From Candidatus Latescibacterota bacterium (GTDB lineage Bacteria > Latescibacterota > UBA2968 > GCA-2709665): a stretch of DNA of 64,000 nucleotides. The first letter of the stretch is position 1, and each line of letters opens with the position of its first letter. Positions 58,731-64,000 of the stretch are shown here, piece by piece. The stretch lies in assembly GCA_965205485.1 (NCBI GenBank), contig OZ242180.1:2624001-2688000 (forward strand), read 5' to 3'. A program made the translations under genes and the position numbers. Under the pieces are notes generated by a model. The model was not told the DNA's origin. It worked only from the letters and a program-made list of their open reading frames with translations, and made no database searches.

Positions 58731-61607
58731 ATGTCCGGCAAAATCCCCATCGTTGCTGCCGTCTTTCCCGCCTGCCTGGCTATCCTGTTGTTGTCGTCGT
58801 TCACATACGCCTCTTCTCCCGAATTCGATTGGACGCATTCCTGCCGGGCGCCGGATCATGAGCTGCTTGGCCATGAGTTGGCGTTCGGTCCGGCCTTCAA
58901 GCGGGTGGCGGTGTCGGACTCCGGCCAGACACGCCAGTTGCGCCTCGTTTATTTCCTGCCGAACGACAGGACGTTCAACCCGGACGTGGTCGATTCGATG
59001 AAGGCAAGGATTTCCCGGATCCGGACCTTCTTCCTCAACCAGATGCAGTCGAACGGCAAAGGCGCCATGACCTTTGGGTACGAGACCGACGCGCAGGGCG
59101 ATCCGATCGTACACCGTTTCGACGCGCCGAACTCCGATGCCAGCTATCTCTCCTCGTATCGCATGGTCGGCATTGGAAACGTATTCAGGGACCTGGGATC
59201 GACGTTCGACACGAGTCAGAACATCTTCTTCATCGTCGTTGACCACAGCACGTACAACAACCTGGGTTGGGGCAACGTGGCGGGCTTTGGCGCCCGGTGG
59301 GCGGATAACCGCGGTTACGCGCTGCTGCCCGCCAGCTTCATCGTTGAAACGGCGGCCCACGAACTCGGCCATGCCTTCGGCTTGCAGCACGAATTCAACG
59401 ACGGCGCGAACATCATGTCGTATGGCCCGGGATGGAACCGGCTGGCGGCGTGCAGCGCCGGCCTGCTGTCTGTACATCCCTATTTCAATCCGGCAATCCC
59501 GATCAAGGGATATCAGGGTGGATACGACCTGGGGGCGTTCAACTCGCCGGGCGTAGAGCTGATCTCACCGCTGAGATATCCCGCCGGAGCAACGAGCTTC
59601 TCCGTTCAGTTCAGGGTTACGGCTACCGGCAGCAGAGGACTTCACCAGGTTGTGTTCTTCCTCAAGACGAAATCACCCCACGCGGCCGCGGGATCGCAGG
59701 AAGTGAAATCCTGCCGGGTTTTCACCGGTCAGAATCAGGCTGTCGCCACGTTCGACTACGACGGCATCGTTCCCTCTGAAGGCGTTTCGAGTCTCTCCGC
59801 CTCGCCCGCGCAGTACGTGTCGGTCCTCGCGGTCGATACAGAGGGAAATGCGAATACCGGGCCACTGCACGATACGCATTTCGTCTTTGCGGAAGCGTCG
59901 GAACACCACCTCGCCACGTTATTCAGATTCACGGGGAAATATTCACCGGAGATCTATGGCGCGAAGTTTTCGACCGATGGATCGGTCCTCGCCGTGAATT
60001 CGTCGGCGGGGATCCAACTATGGAATATGACGTCGCGAGTCCATACCGCGTCATTGAGAGGGGGCAGTTCTACAGCGGCGTTTTCGCCCGACGGCGCCAC
60101 GCTCGCTTCCGGGTCCACCCGGACCGACGAGGCCAATATCAAGCTGTGGAACGTTGCGGACCAGACCCTCATCGCCACGCTGCCGGGGCATACGGGGGGC
60201 CCCACGGGGGTCCATTCGCTTGCGTTCTCGCCCAGCGGCGACACCCTTGCTTCAGGCTCGGGCGACAGGACGATCAAGCTCTGGGACGTTTCCAGCCGGA
60301 CGCTGATCACCACCCTCACGGGGCACACAAGCCACGTTTTCGCTATAGCATATTCGCCCGATGGCACGCTCGCTTCCGGTTCAAGGGACGGGACGGTCAA
60401 GCTGTGGAATACGGCGACACGTACCAATATCGCAACGCTTCAGGGCAACACCGGCCGCGTACTGGACGTGGCGTTTTCGCCCGACGGGACCACGCTCGCT
60501 TCGAGTACTGACGGACCCATGGTGCTGTGGGACGTAACGGCACGGGATACGATCGCAACCCTTCAAGGGCACGGAAGGCCGTCGTTTTCCTCCGACGGAT
60601 CGATGCTCGCCACCGGCGCGGGACTGGGGGAGGTCCTGCTGTGGGACGTGGCGACGACGGAGAATGTCGCCAGGCTCGGGCATCCGGACCACCTGGAGGA
60701 TGGAAGTGGCTTCGGGATCAATGGGGTGTTTTCTCCCGACGGATCCCTGCTTGCTTCGGTCGGGCTGAACGGGATCGAACTGTGGGACGCGTCGGAGTGG
60801 ACGGGGGCATCTCCGCCGGCTTCCACGCCGGCCAACCCGGACAGCGTCGCCCTGGTTGCGCTGTACAATGCCACGAGCGGCGCGAACTGGCGAAGCAGGA
60901 CGAACTGGCTGAGCGACAAGCCCCTTGACGAATGGAAAGGTGTCAGTACCACAGGAACGGGCCGTGTGAATAACCTCAGTCTTGAATTGAACCGGTTGAG
61001 CGGTCCCATCCCCGCGGGAATTGGCAACCTCAGCTTCCTCGTGTCGCTGTATCTCTATTCCAACCAGTTAAGCGGAGCGCTTCCGCCCGAAGTGGGCAAT
61101 CTATCAAACCTGGTTCATCTGGAAATCTACCGTAATCGTTTGAGCGGTCCGATTCCCTCCGAATTGGGCAACCTGTCCAGGCTGACCAAACTGAATCTGC
61201 ACAGCAATCAGTTGACCGGCTCCATACCGGCGGAGCTCGGCAACCTGACAAGCTTGACGACGCTGAGTCTCGCCAACAACCGGTTGACAGGCTCTATACC
61301 CGCGGAACTCGATAGCCTCACCAACCTGACGCACCTGTATCTCTCAGGCAACCCGTTGAAAGGCTGCATCCCGGCGGGCTTGCGTGACGTGGCGACCAAC
61401 GACCTGGACCAGGTCGGTCTGCCCTATTGCGGTCAGGGGCAGACACAAACGTCGACCGATTTCAATGGCGACGGCCGGACCGATTTCGTCGATTTCTTCC
61501 TCTTTGCCGACGCATACGGTAGCACGAACGCCAAATTCGACCTGGATGGCAACGGGACCGTGGATTTCGCGGACTTCTTCAAGTTCGTCGATGCGTTTGG
61601 ATCGTAG
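58731..61607 (+). CDS. Secreted zinc-metallopeptidase domain + WD40 repeats + LRRs + C-terminal dockerin/EF-hand pair
   Basis: HELGHAFGLQH (HExxHxxGxxH) with a downstream Met-turn (NIMSY); AFSPDG.TLASGS.D.TIKLWD repeats; NxLSGPIP LRRs; TDFNGDGRTDFVDFF / DLDGNGTVDFADFF; RBS ggagg. Confidence 0.88.
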   Translation: MSGKIPIVAAVFPACLAILLLSSFTYASSPEFDWTHSCRAPDHELLGHELAFGPAFKRVAVSDSGQTRQLRLVYFLPNDRTFNPDVVDSMKARISRIRTFFLNQMQSNGKGAMTFGYETDAQGDPIVHRFDAPNSDASYLSSYRMVGIGNVFRDLGSTFDTSQNIFFIVVDHSTYNNLGWGNVAGFGARWADNRGYALLPASFIVETAAHELGHAFGLQHEFNDGANIMSYGPGWNRLAACSAGLLSVHPYFNPAIPIKGYQGGYDLGAFNSPGVELISPLRYPAGATSFSVQFRVTATGSRGLHQVVFFLKTKSPHAAAGSQEVKSCRVFTGQNQAVATFDYDGIVPSEGVSSLSASPAQYVSVLAVDTEGNANTGPLHDTHFVFAEASEHHLATLFRFTGKYSPEIYGAKFSTDGSVLAVNSSAGIQLWNMTSRVHTASLRGGSSTAAFSPDGATLASGSTRTDEANIKLWNVADQTLIATLPGHTGGPTGVHSLAFSPSGDTLASGSGDRTIKLWDVSSRTLITTLTGHTSHVFAIAYSPDGTLASGSRDGTVKLWNTATRTNIATLQGNTGRVLDVAFSPDGTTLASSTDGPMVLWDVTARDTIATLQGHGRPSFSSDGSMLATGAGLGEVLLWDVATTENVARLGHPDHLEDGSGFGINGVFSPDGSLLASVGLNGIELWDASEWTGASPPASTPANPDSVALVALYNATSGANWRSRTNWLSDKPLDEWKGVSTTGTGRVNNLSLELNRLSGPIPAGIGNLSFLVSLYLYSNQLSGALPPEVGNLSNLVHLEIYRNRLSGPIPSELGNLSRLTKLNLHSNQLTGSIPAELGNLTSLTTLSLANNRLTGSIPAELDSLTNLTHLYLSGNPLKGCIPAGLRDVATNDLDQVGLPYCGQGQTQTSTDFNGDGRTDFVDFFLFADAYGSTNAKFDLDGNGTVDFADFFKFVDAFGS

Positions 61608-61696
61608 TCGCCAGCAACGATTGGGAAATCAAGTGTTTTGCAGATGGAGAATAATCCCGACCTTATTTCGATTTGTACCTGGGACGAGGAGTATTT

Positions 61697-64000
61697 ATGG
61701 AGTCGCCAACGGTGAATCTCAACTCCGCGTGCCTGTTCCATGTTGGCTGGTCTTCTGCGCCGTCCTTCTGTCTGTAGCGCCCGATGCAGTTGAGGCCGCG
61801 GTTTCCTACGACAGCGACGGCGACGGCCTGATCGAGATCAGCACCCTGGCGCAGTTGAACGCCATACGTTGGGACCTGGACGGCGACGGTGCGGTGGACA
61901 GTGGAACGAATAGAGTTGCCTATTCCACGGCCTTCCCGGATGCCGCGGCGAGCATGGGTTGCGCCGCCACCTGCATCGGCTACGAACTCGTTGCCAGCCT
62001 GACCTTTGACGAGAACGGCGACGGACGCGTTACGGCGGCCGACGGCGGTTACTGGAACGGCGGTGCGGGATGGCTTCCCATTGAAAACTTCGCAGCCACG
62101 TTTGAGGGCAACGGACATACGATTGCCCGCCTGTACATCAGCCGTTCCACTGGCGGTATCGGTTTGTTCGGCGGGGTGAGCGCCGGTGGGCAGGTGCGGA
62201 ATGTTGCGGTTCGAGACGTGGCCGTGACCGGCTCGGGCGACTGGAACTCTGTCGGAGGCCTGGTGGGCATTGTCGCCAGTTACGCAACCAAGGTGACGGG
62301 CTCCGGGCGAGACAGAATGTCATCTGGTGGGTCGCCAGTTACGCAACCGGTAAGGTGACGGGCTCCGGCGCGACGAGACAGAATGTCGGAGGTCTGGTAG
62401 GGTACAACAGCTCAGAAAGTAGCATCGTCGCCAGTTACGCAACGGGCGTGGTGACGGGGTCGAGCGACTGGGGCGGTGTGGGAGGTCTGGTGGGGTACAA
62501 CTCAGCAGGTAGCATTGTCGCCAGTTACGCGACCGGTGCAGTGACGGGTTCCGACGCGACGAGACAGAGCGTCGGAGGTCTGGTAGGGTACAACGGCTCA
62601 GAAGGCGGCATTGTCGCCAGTTACGCAACCGGCGCCGTGACGGGGTCGAGCGACTGGGGCGGTGTGGGAGGTCTGGTGGGGTACAACAGCTCAGCGGGTA
62701 GCATCGTCGCCAGTTACGCAACCGGTGCGGTGATGGGCTCCGGCGCGACGAGACAGAGCGTCGGAGGCCTGGTAGGGTACAACGGCTCAGAAGGTAGCAT
62801 CAGCGGTTGCTACTGGAATACCGAGACTTCCGGGCAGGCGTCGAGCGCTGGTGGGGAAGGCAAGACGACAGTGGAACTGCAATCGCCCACCGGATACACG
62901 GGCATCTTCGCCAGCTGGAACGTGGATCTGGACAACGCTGACGGGGACGACGATGCGACCACCGGCAGCGACGATCCCTGGGACTTCGGGACTGCGCAGC
63001 AGTATCCTGCACTGCGTGCGGACTTCGACGGCGACGGCGCGGCCACGTGGCAGGAGTTCGGGCGGCAGCGACCGGACGCTTCCCCGACAACTGGCGAAAC
63101 GACTGGATCGACGGCAGTTTCCTACGACACCGACGGTGACGGCCTGATCGAGATCGACAATCTGGCTCAGTTGAACGCCATTCGCTGGGACCTGGACGGC
63201 GACGGCGCCGTGGACAACGCCGCAAACGAGTCCTCCTATGCGAGCGCCTTCCCCGATGCCGCGGCGGGAATGGGTTGCGCCGCCACCTGCATCGGCTACG
63301 AACTCGTTGCCGGCCTTAGCTTTGACGAGAACGGCGACGGACGCGTTACGGCGGCCGACGGCGGCTACTGGAACGGCGGCGCGGGCTGGGCGCCTATCGG
63401 AGGTTTTTCCGCCACGCTCGAAGGTAATCTCCATGTCATAGCTCACCTGTACATTGACCGCGCTGCGGAACGCAATGTGGGTCTGTTCAGCCAAATCAGC
63501 GACGGCGCCAAGATACGCAACGTAGGCCTGAACGAGATCACAGTGACTGGTGGCCGCAACAGCGGCGGGCTGGTCGGGCAAAACTCGGGCGCCATCAGTT
63601 CCAGTTACGCCACCGGCTCGGTGACTGGTGGCCGCGACACTGGCGGGCTGGTCGGGCTTAACTGGAGTGGCGCCATCATCGCCAGCTATGCCATCGTCTC
63701 CTTAGAGTCCAGTGGCCCATCCGGCGGCGCGGGCGGGCTGGTCGGGCTTAACTGGAGGGGCGCCATTGTCGCCAGCTACGCCGCCGGCTCGGTAAGGTCC
63801 AGTGGCTCATCCAGCAGCGCCGGCGGTTTGGTCGGGGACAACTGGACGGGTACCAGCATCATCATCGCCAGCTACGCCGCCGGTTCGGTAAGGGCTAGTG
63901 GCTTATCCAGCAGCGCGGGCGGGCTGGTCGGGCAAAACTCGGGCGCTATCAGCTCCAGCTACTGGGACACCAAGACCTCCGGCCGGTCTACAAGCGCCGG
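61697..64000 (+). pseudogene. GLUG-repeat surface protein, frameshifted in this sequence, 3' end runs off the window
   Basis: The SD-preceded ATG 61697 is out of frame with the signal peptide. One frame ends at 62358; the GGLVG repeats resume in another frame from 62331 and stay open to 64000. The YDxDGDGLIEI...LNAIRWDLDGDG module occurs at 61801 and 63117. Confidence 0.65.

Noticed and set aside
62331..62800. gtcgccagttacgc repeats at ~90-96 nt spacing as a possible CRISPR array
   Set aside because: The intervening sequences are homologous and encode GGLVG (GLUG) repeats.

Overview
High-GC bacterial chromosome segment, inferred to come from an FCB-group lineage such as Latescibacterota and possibly from a host-associated symbiont. 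The evidence is a Bacteroidetes-type short RpoD, FlgD-Ig/T9SS-like C-terminal domains and eukaryotic-like repeat proteins. It has four blocks. (1) 1-13.6 kb: housekeeping and envelope genes (partial heparinase II/III-like gene, cytidylate-kinase-like protein, PpiD/SurA-like PPIase, M23 peptidase, rhomboid, DUF2723/TMEM260-like protein, sigma70, DegP). (2) 13.6-23.5 kb, minus strand: a PVM-like bacterial microcompartment locus (PduL, 2 BMC-H, 3 BMC-P, aldehyde dehydrogenase, class II aldolase, AckA), interrupted by a GT-C gene and a beta-propeller gene. (3) 23.9-44 kb, plus strand: a surface-glycan locus (Wzi-like, O-antigen ligase/Wzy-like, GT2, DegT, WecA-like, Wzx, sulfotransferase, 2 GT4, epimerase, TMTC-like GT-C) ending in a 1,922-aa PorU-like C25 peptidase. 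(4) 44.9-64 kb: two pseudo-receiver AraC regulators, then secreted proteins carrying cohesin-like and dockerin-like modules with YWTD, LRR, WD40, cadherin and GLUG repeats, plus an array of one BamE-like and four paralogous lipoproteins. Two MITE families (4 and 3 copies) are present, and one copy sits in-frame inside a signal-peptide coding region. The best candidate for a new system is a cellulosome-like cohesin-dockerin scaffold that displays eukaryotic-like proteins rather than CAZymes, possibly anchored via a T9SS-like CTD and the nearby PorU-like sortase. No rRNA, tRNA, CRISPR array or transposase was recognised. All domain calls are by-eye motif recognition, not database searches.
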